Positions 19,901-31,500 of a DNA stretch of 37,681 bases are shown here, in pieces. The stretch's first letter is position 1, and each line of letters starts with the position of its first letter. Made by a program: the position numbers and the translations under genes. A model generated the notes under the pieces. That model did no database searches. It saw nothing but the letters and a program-made list of their open reading frames with translations, and had not been told where the DNA came from. This DNA is from Escherichia phage T7. Location of the stretch: the sequence record MZ375246.1, one strand, 5' to 3'.

Positions 19901-20824
19901 ATGGCTGAATCTAATGCAGACGTATATGCATCTTTTGGCGTGAACTCCGCTGTGATGTCTGGTGGTTCCGTTGAGGAACATGAGCAGAACATGCTGGCTC
20001 TTGATGTTGCTGCCCGTGATGGCGATGATGCAATCGAGTTAGCGTCAGACGAAGTGGAAACAGAACGTGACCTGTATGACAACTCTGACCCGTTCGGTCA
20101 AGAGGATGACGAAGGCCGCATTCAGGTTCGTATCGGTGATGGCTCTGAGCCGACCGATGTGGACACTGGAGAAGAAGGCGTTGAGGGCACCGAAGGTTCC
20201 GAAGAGTTTACCCCACTGGGCGAGACTCCAGAAGAACTGGTAGCTGCCTCTGAGCAACTTGGTGAGCACGAAGAGGGCTTCCAAGAGATGATTAACATTG
20301 CTGCTGAGCGTGGCATGAGTGTCGAGACCATTGAGGCTATCCAGCGTGAGTACGAGGAGAACGAAGAGTTGTCCGCCGAGTCCTACGCTAAGCTGGCTGA
20401 AATTGGCTACACGAAGGCTTTCATTGACTCGTATATCCGTGGTCAAGAAGCTCTGGTGGAGCAGTACGTAAACAGTGTCATTGAGTACGCTGGTGGTCGT
20501 GAACGTTTTGATGCACTGTATAACCACCTTGAGACGCACAACCCTGAGGCTGCACAGTCGCTGGATAATGCGTTGACCAATCGTGACTTAGCGACCGTTA
20601 AGGCTATCATCAACTTGGCTGGTGAGTCTCGCGCTAAGGCGTTCGGTCGTAAGCCAACTCGTAGTGTGACTAATCGTGCTATTCCGGCTAAACCTCAGGC
20701 TACCAAGCGTGAAGGCTTTGCGGACCGTAGCGAGATGATTAAAGCTATGAGTGACCCTCGGTATCGCACAGATGCCAACTATCGTCGTCAAGTCGAACAG
20801 AAAGTAATCGATTCGAACTTCTGA
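19901..20824 (+). CDS. 9: Capsid assembly scaffolding protein (gene 9)
   Basis: 307-aa acidic ORF MAESNADVYASFGVNSAVMSGGSVEEHEQN... Confidence 0.98.
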   Translation: MAESNADVYASFGVNSAVMSGGSVEEHEQNMLALDVAARDGDDAIELASDEVETERDLYDNSDPFGQEDDEGRIQVRIGDGSEPTDVDTGEEGVEGTEGSEEFTPLGETPEELVAASEQLGEHEEGFQEMINIAAERGMSVETIEAIQREYEENEELSAESYAKLAEIGYTKAFIDSYIRGQEALVEQYVNSVIEYAGGRERFDALYNHLETHNPEAAQSLDNALTNRDLATVKAIINLAGESRAKAFGRKPTRSVTNRAIPAKPQATKREGFADRSEMIKAMSDPRYRTDANYRRQVEQKVIDSNF

Positions 20825-20837
20825 TAGACTTCGAAAT

Positions 20838-20860
20838 TAATACGACTCACTATAGGGAGA
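20838..20860 (+). promoter_or_regulatory. T7 promoter phi10 with gene 10 leader and strong RBS
   Basis: taatacgactcactatagggaga followed by ccacaacggtttccctctagaaataattttgtttaactttaagaaggagatatacat atg. Confidence 0.95.
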
Positions 20861-20917
20861 CCACAACGGTTTCCCTCTAGAAATAATTTTGTTTAACTTT
20901 AAGAAGGAGATATACAT

Positions 20918-21955
20918 ATGGCTAGCATGACTGGTGGACAGCAAATGGGTACTAACCAAGGTAAAGGTGTAGTTGCTGCTGGAGATAAACTGGCGTTGTT
21001 CTTGAAGGTATTTGGCGGTGAAGTCCTGACTGCGTTCGCTCGTACCTCCGTGACCACTTCTCGCCACATGGTACGTTCCATCTCCAGCGGTAAATCCGCT
21101 CAGTTCCCTGTTCTGGGTCGCACTCAGGCAGCGTATCTGGCTCCGGGCGAGAACCTCGACGATAAACGTAAGGACATCAAACACACCGAGAAGGTAATCA
21201 CCATTGACGGTCTCCTGACGGCTGACGTTCTGATTTATGATATTGAGGACGCGATGAACCACTACGACGTTCGCTCTGAGTATACCTCTCAGTTGGGTGA
21301 ATCTCTGGCGATGGCTGCGGATGGTGCGGTTCTGGCTGAGATTGCCGGTCTGTGTAACGTGGAAAGCAAATATAATGAGAACATCGAGGGCTTAGGTACT
21401 GCTACCGTAATTGAGACCACTCAGAACAAGGCCGCACTTACCGACCAAGTTGCGCTGGGTAAGGAGATTATTGCGGCTCTGACTAAGGCTCGTGCGGCTC
21501 TGACCAAGAACTATGTTCCGGCTGCTGACCGTGTGTTCTACTGTGACCCAGATAGCTACTCTGCGATTCTGGCAGCACTGATGCCGAACGCAGCAAACTA
21601 CGCTGCTCTGATTGACCCTGAGAAGGGTTCTATCCGCAACGTTATGGGCTTTGAGGTTGTAGAAGTTCCGCACCTCACCGCTGGTGGTGCTGGTACCGCT
21701 CGTGAGGGCACTACTGGTCAGAAGCACGTCTTCCCTGCCAATAAAGGTGAGGGTAATGTCAAGGTTGCTAAGGACAACGTTATCGGCCTGTTCATGCACC
21801 GCTCTGCGGTAGGTACTGTTAAGCTGCGTGACTTGGCTCTGGAGCGCGCTCGCCGTGCTAACTTCCAAGCGGACCAGATTATCGCTAAGTACGCAATGGG
21901 CCACGGTGGTCTTCGCCCAGAAGCTGCTGGTGCAGTGGTTTTCAAAGTGGAGTAA
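20918..21955 (+). CDS. 10A: Major capsid protein 10A
   Basis: 345-aa ORF MASMTGGQQMGTNQGKGVVAAGDKLALFLKV... Confidence 0.99.
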   Translation: MASMTGGQQMGTNQGKGVVAAGDKLALFLKVFGGEVLTAFARTSVTTSRHMVRSISSGKSAQFPVLGRTQAAYLAPGENLDDKRKDIKHTEKVITIDGLLTADVLIYDIEDAMNHYDVRSEYTSQLGESLAMAADGAVLAEIAGLCNVESKYNENIEGLGTATVIETTQNKAALTDQVALGKEIIAALTKARAALTKNYVPAADRVFYCDPDSYSAILAALMPNAANYAALIDPEKGSIRNVMGFEVVEVPHLTAGGAGTAREGTTGQKHVFPANKGEGNVKVAKDNVIGLFMHRSAVGTVKLRDLALERARRANFQADQIIAKYAMGHGGLRPEAAGAVVFKVE

Positions 21956-22113
21956 TGCTGGGGGTGGCCTCAACGGTCGCTGCTAGTCCCGAAGAGGCGA
22001 GTGTTACTTCAACAGAAGAAACCTTAACGCCAGCACAGGAGGCCGCACGCACCCGCGCTGCTAACAAAGCCCGAAAGGAAGCTGAGTTGGCTGCTGCCAC
22101 CGCTGAGCAATAA
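20918..22113 (+). CDS. 10B: Minor capsid protein 10B, made by programmed -1 ribosomal frameshift near the end of 10A
   Basis: Slippery ggttttc at about 21937..21943 just before the 10A stop; -1 frame continues to taa at 22111..22113, matching the T7 10B arrangement. Confidence 0.75.
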
Positions 22114-22161
22114 CTAGCATAACCCCTTGGGGCCTCTAAACGGGTCTTGAGGGGTTTTTTG
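22114..22161 (+). terminator. Tphi, T7 RNA polymerase terminator
   Basis: ctagcataaccccttggggcctctaaacgggtcttgaggggttttttg hairpin plus U-tract. Confidence 0.95.
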
Positions 22162-22178
22162 CTGAAAGGAGGAACTAT

Positions 22179-22769
22179 ATGCGCTCATACGATATGAACG
22201 TTGAGACTGCCGCTGAGTTATCAGCTGTGAACGACATTCTGGCGTCTATCGGTGAACCTCCGGTATCAACGCTGGAAGGTGACGCTAACGCAGATGCAGC
22301 GAACGCTCGGCGTATTCTCAACAAGATTAACCGACAGATTCAATCTCGTGGATGGACGTTCAACATTGAGGAAGGCATAACGCTACTACCTGATGTTTAC
22401 TCCAACCTGATTGTATACAGTGACGACTATTTATCCCTAATGTCTACTTCCGGTCAATCCATCTACGTTAACCGAGGTGGCTATGTGTATGACCGAACGA
22501 GTCAATCAGACCGCTTTGACTCTGGTATTACTGTGAACATTATTCGTCTCCGCGACTACGATGAGATGCCTGAGTGCTTCCGTTACTGGATTGTCACCAA
22601 GGCTTCCCGTCAGTTCAACAACCGATTCTTTGGGGAACCGGAAGTAGAGGGTGTACTCCAAGAAGAGGAAGATGAGGCTAGACGTCTCTGCATGGAGTAT
22701 GAGATGGACTACGGTGGGTACAATATGCTGGATGGAGATGCGTTCACTTCTGGTCTACTGACTCGCTAA
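22179..22769 (+). CDS. 11: Tail tubular protein A (gene 11)
   Basis: 196-aa [32 protein letters not shown]... Confidence 0.98.
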   Translation: MRSYDMNVETAAELSAVNDILASIGEPPVSTLEGDANADAANARRILNKINRQIQSRGWTFNIEEGITLLPDVYSNLIVYSDDYLSLMSTSGQSIYVNRGGYVYDRTSQSDRFDSGITVNIIRLRDYDEMPECFRYWIVTKASRQFNNRFFGEPEVEGVLQEEEDEARRLCMEYEMDYGGYNMLDGDAFTSGLLTR

Positions 22770-22792
22770 CATTAATAAATAAGGAGGCTCTA

Positions 22793-25177
22793 ATGGCACT
22801 CATTAGCCAATCAATCAAGAACTTGAAGGGTGGTATCAGCCAACAGCCTGACATCCTTCGTTATCCAGACCAAGGGTCACGCCAAGTTAACGGTTGGTCT
22901 TCGGAGACCGAGGGCCTCCAAAAGCGTCCACCTCTTGTTTTCTTAAATACACTTGGAGACAACGGTGCGTTAGGTCAAGCTCCGTACATCCACCTGATTA
23001 ACCGAGATGAGCACGAACAGTATTACGCTGTGTTCACTGGTAGCGGAATCCGAGTGTTCGACCTTTCTGGTAACGAGAAGCAAGTTAGGTATCCTAACGG
23101 TTCCAACTACATCAAGACCGCTAATCCACGTAACGACCTGCGAATGGTTACTGTAGCAGACTATACGTTCATCGTTAACCGTAACGTTGTTGCACAGAAG
23201 AACACAAAGTCTGTCAACTTACCGAATTACAACCCTAATCAAGACGGATTGATTAACGTTCGTGGTGGTCAGTATGGTAGGGAACTAATTGTACACATTA
23301 ACGGTAAAGACGTTGCGAAGTATAAGATACCAGATGGTAGTCAACCTGAACACGTAAACAATACGGATGCCCAATGGTTAGCTGAAGAGTTAGCCAAGCA
23401 GATGCGCACTAACTTGTCTGATTGGACTGTAAATGTAGGGCAAGGGTTCATCCATGTGACCGCACCTAGTGGTCAACAGATTGACTCCTTCACGACTAAA
23501 GATGGCTACGCAGACCAGTTGATTAACCCTGTGACCCACTACGCTCAGTCGTTCTCTAAGCTGCCACCTAATGCTCCTAACGGCTACATGGTGAAAATCG
23601 TAGGGGACGCCTCTAAGTCTGCCGACCAGTATTACGTTCGGTATGACGCTGAGCGGAAAGTTTGGACTGAGACTTTAGGTTGGAACACTGAGGACCAAGT
23701 TCTATGGGAAACCATGCCACACGCTCTTGTGCGAGCCGCTGACGGTAATTTCGACTTCAAGTGGCTTGAGTGGTCTCCTAAGTCTTGTGGTGACGTTGAC
23801 ACCAACCCTTGGCCTTCTTTTGTTGGTTCAAGTATTAACGATGTGTTCTTCTTCCGTAACCGCTTAGGATTCCTTAGTGGGGAGAACATCATATTGAGTC
23901 GTACAGCCAAATACTTCAACTTCTACCCTGCGTCCATTGCGAACCTTAGTGATGACGACCCTATAGACGTAGCTGTGAGTACCAACCGAATAGCAATCCT
24001 TAAGTACGCCGTTCCGTTCTCAGAAGAGTTACTCATCTGGTCCGATGAAGCACAATTCGTCCTGACTGCCTCGGGTACTCTCACATCTAAGTCGGTTGAG
24101 TTGAACCTAACGACCCAGTTTGACGTACAGGACCGAGCGAGACCTTTTGGGATTGGGCGTAATGTCTACTTTGCTAGTCCGAGGTCCAGCTTCGCGTCCA
24201 TCCACAGGTACTACGCTGTGCAGGATGTCAGTTCCGTTAAGAATGCTGAGGACATTACATCACACGTTCCTAACTACATCCCTAATGGTGTGTTCAGTAT
24301 TTGCGGAAGTGGTACGGAAAACTTCTGTTCGGTACTATCTCACGGGGACCCTAGTAAAATCTTCATGTACAAATTCCTGTACCTGAACGAAGAGTTAAGG
24401 CAACAGTCGTGGTCTCATTGGGACTTTGGGGAAAACGTACAGGTTCTAGCTTGTCAGAGTATCAGCTCAGATATGTATGTGATTCTTCGCAATGAGTTCA
24501 ATACGTTCCTAGCTAGAATCTCTTTCACTAAGAACGCCATTGACTTACAGGGAGAACCCTATCGTGCCTTTATGGACATGAAGATTCGATACACGATTCC
24601 TAGTGGAACATACAACGATGACACATTCACTACCTCTATTCATATTCCAACAATTTATGGTGCAAACTTCGGGAGGGGCAAAATCACTGTATTGGAGCCT
24701 GATGGTAAGATAACCGTGTTTGAGCAACCTACGGCTGGGTGGAATAGCGACCCTTGGCTGAGACTCAGCGGTAACTTGGAGGGACGCATGGTGTACATTG
24801 GGTTCAACATTAACTTCGTATATGAGTTCTCTAAGTTCCTCATCAAGCAGACTGCCGACGACGGGTCTACCTCCACGGAAGACATTGGGCGCTTACAGTT
24901 ACGCCGAGCGTGGGTTAACTACGAGAACTCTGGTACGTTTGACATTTATGTTGAGAACCAATCGTCTAACTGGAAGTACACAATGGCTGGTGCCCGATTA
25001 GGCTCTAACACTCTGAGGGCTGGGAGACTGAACTTAGGGACCGGACAATATCGATTCCCTGTGGTTGGTAACGCCAAGTTCAACACTGTATACATCTTGT
25101 CAGATGAGACTACCCCTCTGAACATCATTGGGTGTGGCTGGGAAGGTAACTACTTACGGAGAAGTTCCGGTATTTAA
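22793..25177 (+). CDS. 12: Tail tubular protein B (gene 12)
   Basis: 794-aa ORF MALISQSIKNLKGGISQQPDILRYPDQGS... Confidence 0.98.
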   Translation: MALISQSIKNLKGGISQQPDILRYPDQGSRQVNGWSSETEGLQKRPPLVFLNTLGDNGALGQAPYIHLINRDEHEQYYAVFTGSGIRVFDLSGNEKQVRYPNGSNYIKTANPRNDLRMVTVADYTFIVNRNVVAQKNTKSVNLPNYNPNQDGLINVRGGQYGRELIVHINGKDVAKYKIPDGSQPEHVNNTDAQWLAEELAKQMRTNLSDWTVNVGQGFIHVTAPSGQQIDSFTTKDGYADQLINPVTHYAQSFSKLPPNAPNGYMVKIVGDASKSADQYYVRYDAERKVWTETLGWNTEDQVLWETMPHALVRAADGNFDFKWLEWSPKSCGDVDTNPWPSFVGSSINDVFFFRNRLGFLSGENIILSRTAKYFNFYPASIANLSDDDPIDVAVSTNRIAILKYAVPFSEELLIWSDEAQFVLTASGTLTSKSVELNLTTQFDVQDRARPFGIGRNVYFASPRSSFASIHRYYAVQDVSSVKNAEDITSHVPNYIPNGVFSICGSGTENFCSVLSHGDPSKIFMYKFLYLNEELRQQSWSHWDFGENVQVLACQSISSDMYVILRNEFNTFLARISFTKNAIDLQGEPYRAFMDMKIRYTIPSGTYNDDTFTTSIHIPTIYGANFGRGKITVLEPDGKITVFEQPTAGWNSDPWLRLSGNLEGRMVYIGFNINFVYEFSKFLIKQTADDGSTSTEDIGRLQLRRAWVNYENSGTFDIYVENQSSNWKYTMAGARLGSNTLRAGRLNLGTGQYRFPVVGNAKFNTVYILSDETTPLNIIGCGWEGNYLRRSSGI

Positions 25178-25207
25178 TTAAATATTCTCCCTGTGGTGGC
25201 TCGAAAT

Positions 25208-25230
25208 TAATACGACTCACTATAGGGAGA
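25208..25230 (+). promoter_or_regulatory. T7 promoter phi13
   Basis: taatacgactcactatagggaga. Confidence 0.9.
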
Positions 25231-25257
25231 ACAATACGACTACGGGAGGGTTTTCTT

Positions 25258-25674
25258 ATGATGACTATAAGACCTACTAAAAGTACAGACTTTGAGGTAT
25301 TCACTCCGGCTCACCATGACATTCTTGAAGCTAAGGCTGCTGGTATTGAGCCGAGTTTCCCTGATGCTTCCGAGTGTGTCACGTTGAGCCTCTATGGGTT
25401 CCCTCTAGCTATCGGTGGTAACTGCGGGGACCAGTGCTGGTTCGTTACGAGCGACCAAGTGTGGCGACTTAGTGGAAAGGCTAAGCGAAAGTTCCGTAAG
25501 TTAATCATGGAGTATCGCGATAAGATGCTTGAGAAGTATGATACTCTTTGGAATTACGTATGGGTAGGCAATACGTCCCACATTCGTTTCCTCAAGACTA
25601 TCGGTGCGGTATTCCATGAAGAGTACACACGAGATGGTCAATTTCAGTTATTTACAATCACGAAAGGAGGATAA
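25258..25674 (+). CDS. 13: Gene 13 protein (internal virion / assembly)
   Basis: 138-aa ORF MMTIRPTKSTDFEVFTPAHHDILEAK... Confidence 0.95.
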   Translation: MMTIRPTKSTDFEVFTPAHHDILEAKAAGIEPSFPDASECVTLSLYGFPLAIGGNCGDQCWFVTSDQVWRLSGKAKRKFRKLIMEYRDKMLEKYDTLWNYVWVGNTSHIRFLKTIGAVFHEEYTRDGQFQLFTITKGG

Positions 25675-25678
25675 CCAT

Positions 25679-26269
25679 ATGTGTTGGGCAGCCGCAATAC
25701 CTATCGCTATATCTGGCGCTCAGGCTATCAGTGGTCAGAACGCTCAGGCCAAAATGATTGCCGCTCAGACCGCTGCTGGTCGTCGTCAAGCTATGGAAAT
25801 CATGAGGCAGACGAACATCCAGAATGCTGACCTATCGTTGCAAGCTCGAAGTAAACTTGAGGAAGCGTCCGCCGAGTTGACCTCACAGAACATGCAGAAG
25901 GTCCAAGCTATTGGGTCTATCCGAGCGGCTATCGGAGAGAGTATGCTTGAAGGTTCCTCAATGGACCGCATTAAGCGAGTCACAGAAGGACAGTTCATTC
26001 GGGAAGCCAATATGGTAACTGAGAACTATCGCCGTGACTACCAAGCAATCTTCGCACAGCAACTTGGTGGTACTCAAAGTGCTGCAAGTCAGATTGACGA
26101 AATCTATAAGAGCGAACAGAAACAGAAGAGTAAGCTACAGATGGTTCTGGACCCACTGGCTATCATGGGGTCTTCCGCTGCGAGTGCTTACGCATCCGGT
26201 GCGTTCGACTCTAAGTCCACAACTAAGGCACCTATTGTTGCCGCTAAAGGAACCAAGACGGGGAGGTAA
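25679..26269 (+). CDS. 14: Internal core protein gp14
   Basis: 196-aa MCWAAAIPIAISGAQAISGQNAQAKM... (internal start in track ORF 25604..26269). Confidence 0.95.
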   Translation: MCWAAAIPIAISGAQAISGQNAQAKMIAAQTAAGRRQAMEIMRQTNIQNADLSLQARSKLEEASAELTSQNMQKVQAIGSIRAAIGESMLEGSSMDRIKRVTEGQFIREANMVTENYRRDYQAIFAQQLGGTQSAASQIDEIYKSEQKQKSKLQMVLDPLAIMGSSAASAYASGAFDSKSTTKAPIVAAKGTKTGR

Positions 26270-26275
26270 TGAGCT

Positions 26276-28519
26276 ATGAGTAAAATTGAATCTGCCCTTC
26301 AAGCGGCACAACCGGGACTCTCTCGGTTACGTGGTGGTGCTGGAGGTATGGGCTATCGTGCAGCAACCACTCAGGCCGAACAGCCAAGGTCAAGCCTATT
26401 GGACACCATTGGTCGGTTCGCTAAGGCTGGTGCCGATATGTATACCGCTAAGGAACAACGAGCACGAGACCTAGCTGATGAACGCTCTAACGAGATTATC
26501 CGTAAGCTGACCCCTGAGCAACGTCGAGAAGCTCTCAACAACGGGACCCTTCTGTATCAGGATGACCCATACGCTATGGAAGCACTCCGAGTCAAGACTG
26601 GTCGTAACGCTGCGTATCTTGTGGACGATGACGTTATGCAGAAGATAAAAGAGGGTGTCTTCCGTACTCGCGAAGAGATGGAAGAGTATCGCCATAGTCG
26701 CCTTCAAGAGGGCGCTAAGGTATACGCTGAGCAGTTCGGCATCGACCCTGAGGACGTTGATTATCAGCGTGGTTTCAACGGGGACATTACCGAGCGTAAC
26801 ATCTCGCTGTATGGTGCGCATGATAACTTCTTGAGCCAGCAAGCTCAGAAGGGCGCTATCATGAACAGCCGAGTGGAACTCAACGGTGTCCTTCAAGACC
26901 CTGATATGCTGCGTCGTCCAGACTCTGCTGACTTCTTTGAGAAGTATATCGACAACGGTCTGGTTACTGGCGCAATCCCATCTGATGCTCAAGCCACACA
27001 GCTTATAAGCCAAGCGTTCAGTGACGCTTCTAGCCGTGCTGGTGGTGCTGACTTCCTGATGCGAGTCGGTGACAAGAAGGTAACACTTAACGGAGCCACT
27101 ACGACTTACCGAGAGTTGATTGGTGAGGAACAGTGGAACGCTCTCATGGTCACAGCACAACGTTCTCAGTTTGAGACTGACGCGAAGCTGAACGAGCAGT
27201 ATCGCTTGAAGATTAACTCTGCGCTGAACCAAGAGGACCCAAGGACAGCTTGGGAGATGCTTCAAGGTATCAAGGCTGAACTAGATAAGGTCCAACCTGA
27301 TGAGCAGATGACACCACAACGTGAGTGGCTAATCTCCGCACAGGAACAAGTTCAGAATCAGATGAACGCATGGACGAAAGCTCAGGCCAAGGCTCTGGAC
27401 GATTCCATGAAGTCAATGAACAAACTTGACGTAATCGACAAGCAATTCCAGAAGCGAATCAACGGTGAGTGGGTCTCAACGGATTTTAAGGATATGCCAG
27501 TCAACGAGAACACTGGTGAGTTCAAGCATAGCGATATGGTTAACTACGCCAATAAGAAGCTCGCTGAGATTGACAGTATGGACATTCCAGACGGTGCCAA
27601 GGATGCTATGAAGTTGAAGTACCTTCAAGCGGACTCTAAGGACGGAGCATTCCGTACAGCCATCGGAACCATGGTCACTGACGCTGGTCAAGAGTGGTCT
27701 GCCGCTGTGATTAACGGTAAGTTACCAGAACGAACCCCAGCTATGGATGCTCTGCGCAGAATCCGCAATGCTGACCCTCAGTTGATTGCTGCGCTATACC
27801 CAGACCAAGCTGAGCTATTCCTGACGATGGACATGATGGACAAGCAGGGTATTGACCCTCAGGTTATTCTTGATGCCGACCGACTGACTGTTAAGCGGTC
27901 CAAAGAGCAACGCTTTGAGGATGATAAAGCATTCGAGTCTGCACTGAATGCATCTAAGGCTCCTGAGATTGCCCGTATGCCAGCGTCACTGCGCGAATCT
28001 GCACGTAAGATTTATGACTCCGTTAAGTATCGCTCGGGGAACGAAAGCATGGCTATGGAGCAGATGACCAAGTTCCTTAAGGAATCTACCTACACGTTCA
28101 CTGGTGATGATGTTGACGGTGATACCGTTGGTGTGATTCCTAAGAATATGATGCAGGTTAACTCTGACCCGAAATCATGGGAGCAAGGTCGGGATATTCT
28201 GGAGGAAGCACGTAAGGGAATCATTGCGAGCAACCCTTGGATAACCAATAAGCAACTGACCATGTATTCTCAAGGTGACTCCATTTACCTTATGGACACC
28301 ACAGGTCAAGTCAGAGTCCGATACGACAAAGAGTTACTCTCGAAGGTCTGGAGTGAGAACCAGAAGAAACTCGAAGAGAAAGCTCGTGAGAAGGCTCTGG
28401 CTGATGTGAACAAGCGAGCACCTATAGTTGCCGCTACGAAGGCCCGTGAAGCTGCTGCTAAACGAGTCCGAGAGAAACGTAAACAGACTCCTAAGTTCAT
28501 CTACGGACGTAAGGAGTAA
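26276..28519 (+). CDS. 15: Internal core protein gp15
   Basis: 747-aa ORF MSKIESALQAAQPGLSRLRGGAGGMGYR... Confidence 0.98.
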   Translation: MSKIESALQAAQPGLSRLRGGAGGMGYRAATTQAEQPRSSLLDTIGRFAKAGADMYTAKEQRARDLADERSNEIIRKLTPEQRREALNNGTLLYQDDPYAMEALRVKTGRNAAYLVDDDVMQKIKEGVFRTREEMEEYRHSRLQEGAKVYAEQFGIDPEDVDYQRGFNGDITERNISLYGAHDNFLSQQAQKGAIMNSRVELNGVLQDPDMLRRPDSADFFEKYIDNGLVTGAIPSDAQATQLISQAFSDASSRAGGADFLMRVGDKKVTLNGATTTYRELIGEEQWNALMVTAQRSQFETDAKLNEQYRLKINSALNQEDPRTAWEMLQGIKAELDKVQPDEQMTPQREWLISAQEQVQNQMNAWTKAQAKALDDSMKSMNKLDVIDKQFQKRINGEWVSTDFKDMPVNENTGEFKHSDMVNYANKKLAEIDSMDIPDGAKDAMKLKYLQADSKDGAFRTAIGTMVTDAGQEWSAAVINGKLPERTPAMDALRRIRNADPQLIAALYPDQAELFLTMDMMDKQGIDPQVILDADRLTVKRSKEQRFEDDKAFESALNASKAPEIARMPASLRESARKIYDSVKYRSGNESMAMEQMTKFLKESTYTFTGDDVDGDTVGVIPKNMMQVNSDPKSWEQGRDILEEARKGIIASNPWITNKQLTMYSQGDSIYLMDTTGQVRVRYDKELLSKVWSENQKKLEEKAREKALADVNKRAPIVAATKAREAAAKRVREKRKQTPKFIYGRKE

Positions 28520-28545
28520 CTAAAGGCTACATAAGGAGGCCCTAA

Positions 28546-31500
28546 ATGGATAAGTACGATAAGAACGTACCAAGTGATTATGATGGTCTGTTCCAAAAGG
28601 CTGCTGATGCCAACGGGGTCTCTTATGACCTTTTACGTAAAGTCGCTTGGACAGAATCACGATTTGTGCCTACAGCAAAATCTAAGACTGGACCATTAGG
28701 CATGATGCAATTTACCAAGGCAACCGCTAAGGCCCTCGGTCTGCGAGTTACCGATGGTCCAGACGACGACCGACTGAACCCTGAGTTAGCTATTAATGCT
28801 GCCGCTAAGCAACTTGCAGGTCTGGTAGGGAAGTTTGATGGCGATGAACTCAAAGCTGCCCTTGCGTACAACCAAGGCGAGGGACGCTTGGGTAATCCAC
28901 AACTTGAGGCGTACTCTAAGGGAGACTTCGCATCAATCTCTGAGGAGGGACGTAACTACATGCGTAACCTTCTGGATGTTGCTAAGTCACCTATGGCTGG
29001 ACAGTTGGAAACTTTTGGTGGCATAACCCCAAAGGGTAAAGGCATTCCGGCTGAGGTAGGATTGGCTGGAATTGGTCACAAGCAGAAAGTAACACAGGAA
29101 CTTCCTGAGTCCACAAGTTTTGACGTTAAGGGTATCGAACAGGAGGCTACGGCGAAACCATTCGCCAAGGACTTTTGGGAGACCCACGGAGAAACACTTG
29201 ACGAGTACAACAGTCGTTCAACCTTCTTCGGATTCAAAAATGCTGCCGAAGCTGAACTCTCCAACTCAGTCGCTGGGATGGCTTTCCGTGCTGGTCGTCT
29301 CGATAATGGTTTTGATGTGTTTAAAGACACCATTACGCCGACTCGCTGGAACTCTCACATCTGGACTCCAGAGGAGTTAGAGAAGATTCGAACAGAGGTT
29401 AAGAACCCTGCGTACATCAACGTTGTAACTGGTGGTTCCCCTGAGAACCTCGATGACCTCATTAAATTGGCTAACGAGAACTTTGAGAATGACTCCCGCG
29501 CTGCCGAGGCTGGCCTAGGTGCCAAACTGAGTGCTGGTATTATTGGTGCTGGTGTGGACCCGCTTAGCTATGTTCCTATGGTCGGTGTCACTGGTAAGGG
29601 CTTTAAGTTAATCAATAAGGCTCTTGTAGTTGGTGCCGAAAGTGCTGCTCTGAACGTTGCATCCGAAGGTCTCCGTACCTCCGTAGCTGGTGGTGACGCA
29701 GACTATGCGGGTGCTGCCTTAGGTGGCTTTGTGTTTGGCGCAGGCATGTCTGCAATCAGTGACGCTGTAGCTGCTGGACTGAAACGCAGTAAACCAGAAG
29801 CTGAGTTCGACAATGAGTTCATCGGTCCTATGATGCGATTGGAAGCCCGTGAGACAGCACGAAACGCCAACTCTGCGGACCTCTCTCGGATGAACACTGA
29901 GAACATGAAGTTTGAAGGTGAACATAATGGTGTCCCTTATGAGGACTTACCAACAGAGAGAGGTGCCGTGGTGTTACATGATGGCTCCGTTCTAAGTGCA
30001 AGCAACCCAATCAACCCTAAGACTCTAAAAGAGTTCTCCGAGGTTGACCCTGAGAAGGCTGCGCGAGGAATCAAACTGGCTGGGTTCACCGAGATTGGCT
30101 TGAAGACCTTGGGGTCTGACGATGCTGACATCCGTAGAGTGGCTATCGACCTCGTTCGCTCTCCTACTGGTATGCAGTCTGGTGCCTCAGGTAAGTTCGG
30201 TGCAACAGCTTCTGACATCCATGAGAGACTTCATGGTACTGACCAGCGTACTTATAATGACTTGTACAAAGCAATGTCTGACGCTATGAAAGACCCTGAG
30301 TTCTCTACTGGCGGCGCTAAGATGTCCCGTGAAGAAACTCGATACACTATCTACCGTAGAGCGGCACTAGCTATTGAGCGTCCAGAACTACAGAAGGCAC
30401 TCACTCCGTCTGAGAGAATCGTTATGGACATCATTAAGCGTCACTTTGACACCAAGCGTGAACTTATGGAAAACCCAGCAATATTCGGTAACACAAAGGC
30501 TGTGAGTATCTTCCCTGAGAGTCGCCACAAAGGTACTTACGTTCCTCACGTATATGACCGTCATGCCAAGGCGCTGATGATTCAACGCTACGGTGCCGAA
30601 GGTTTGCAGGAAGGGATTGCCCGCTCATGGATGAACAGCTACGTCTCCAGACCTGAGGTCAAGGCCAGAGTCGATGAGATGCTTAAGGAATTACACGGGG
30701 TGAAGGAAGTAACACCAGAGATGGTAGAGAAGTACGCTATGGATAAGGCTTATGGTATCTCCCGCTCAGACCAGTTCACCAACAGTTCCATAATAGAAGA
30801 GAACATTGAGGGCTTAGTAGGTATCGAGAATAACTCATTCCTTGAGGCACGTAACTTGTTTGATTCGGACCTATCCATCACTATGCCAGACGGACAGCAA
30901 TTCTCAGTGAATGACCTAAGGGACTTCGATATGTTCCGCATCATGCCAGCGTATGACCGCTGTGTCAATGGTGACATCGCCATCATGGGGTCTACTGGTA
31001 AAACCACTAAGGAACTTAAGGATGAGATTTTGGCTCTCAAAGCGAAAGCTGAGGGAGACGGTAAGAAGACTGGCGAGGTACATGCTTTAATGGATACCGT
31101 TAAGATTCTTACTGGTCGTGCTAGACGCAATCAGGACACTGTGTGGGAAACCTCACTGCGTGCCATCAATGACCTAGGGTTCTTCGCTAAGAACGCCTAC
31201 ATGGGTGCTCAGAACATTACGGAGATTGCTGGGATGATTGTCACTGGTAACGTTCGTGCTCTAGGGCATGGTATCCCAATTCTGCGTGATACACTCTACA
31301 AGTCTAAACCAGTTTCAGCTAAGGAACTCAAGGAACTCCATGCGTCTCTGTTCGGGAAGGAGGTGGACCAGTTGATTCGGCCTAAACGTGCTGACATTGT
31401 GCAGCGCCTAAGGGAAGCAACTGATACCGGACCTGCCGTGGCGAACATCGTAGGGACCTTGAAGTATTCAACACAGGAACTGGCTGCTCGCTCTCCGTGG

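Noticed and set aside
20838-20955. Sequence identical to pET expression-vector elements (T7 promoter, ribosome-binding leader, MASMTGGQQMG T7-tag)
   Set aside because: This is the native phi10 promoter, gene 10 leader and capsid N-terminus from which pET vectors were derived. It sits in its normal genomic context upstream of full-length gene 10A, so it is not vector contamination.
26471-27265. 264-aa minus-strand ORF, plus many other 60-190-aa minus-strand ORFs in the track (e.g. 747..1172, 8813..9295, 13150..13683, 15488..16027, 21392..21973)
   Set aside because: All lie antisense to well-supported T7 genes. T7 is transcribed entirely left to right, and no minus-strand promoter or RBS context is evident. 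Treated as chance ORFs.
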